From Haliotis rubra (Eukaryota), in NCBI RefSeq assembly GCF_003918875.1, contig NW_025767209.1, positions 186,001 to 250,000 of the forward strand: a stretch of 64,000 nucleotides of DNA. The letters are read 5' to 3'. Both the position numbers and the translations under genes were made by a program. Shown one piece after another: positions 63,281 to 64,000 of this stretch; position 1 is the first letter of the stretch, and each line of letters begins with the position of its first letter. Below the pieces are notes generated by a model that was given only the letters and a program-made list of their open reading frames with translations, did not search any database and was not told the origin of the DNA.

Positions 63281-64000
63281 GGGTCTCTCTTTTTTCATAA
63301 ACTGCTTTCAATGGTGACAGAAATTACGTATGCGCAAAGAACTTTTCAAGTAAGTTTATGTTATAATCTCATATAACATCATGAAATGTTAAAACTGCTG
63401 TCGCGTTTATTAAGTAGAAATTCATTTTATTCAACAAACCTAGTCAAAATAAATTACTGTTTGAACTCCTGAATAATTTTTTTTTGTAATTTAACTGACA
63501 CACTTACTCATAAATAATGCTAAATTTGCGTTAGCCCCAAAAAAATTAATAGAATATGTTAATGACAGTACTGATCTGGATACAACATTGATGTGGCACA
63601 TGCTGGACATTAATTACGGCACAACAGTCTGTACAGGTTACTTCGTGCATGTTCACTGAAATATAATTAATTTATACCACATGCGTACTCTTACATACAT
63701 TCAATTATTTATTGACATAGAGAATACTAAACGACCTTCCGTGTAACACCATTTTTAGCAAACTAGCTAATGCGCGAAAGCGAGTTGGATACTAAATATT
63801 ATTTTTTTTTTAATAGTTTTAAAAGAAGCGAGCTAAGTATTTTGTTTATTACTCTCCAACATAAATTGATAGAAACTGCCTGCAGTGTGATGACTCTCAG
63901 CTTTCCACGGGTCATGTAATGTCTGATACCTTTGTGACAGAGGTATCATTATTGTTACGTCATAACTGTAAACCATTATGACGTCATACGTCTACCGATA

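Overview
Eukaryotic, intron-rich, repeat-dense genomic DNA, most likely a gastropod mollusc and probably abalone (Haliotis). This is inferred from a perlucin-like exon and mollusc-type SINEs. The ORF track misses the real genes because they are spliced, so I rebuilt them by hand from GT-AG junctions. (1) A 6-exon, 194-aa secreted BRICHOS-domain precursor on the minus strand (36628->27088) ends in a furin site (RSKR) followed by a 17-aa Trp/Cys-rich peptide, WWGGWCLFCWGCVVSGK. This is the architecture of annelid BRICHOS antimicrobial-peptide precursors, here in an apparent mollusc, and is the most interesting item. (2) An 8-exon, 484-aa SLC1A transporter (62777->55094) has its glutamate- and proton-coupling residues replaced and carries a duplicated terminal exon. 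(3) An ankyrin-repeat gene (14477->11929) has a putative first exon encoding a signal peptide. (4) There is an orphan perlucin-like C-type lectin exon. The rest is satellites and minisatellites (24, 29, 31, 32, 33, 49 and 71 bp units), LINE fragments (RNase H-bearing I/Nimb-like, L2, CR1/RTE-X-like), two Tc1/mariner relics, a MULE fragment, SINEs and MITE-like palindromes. All calls are from reading the sequence; no searches were run.
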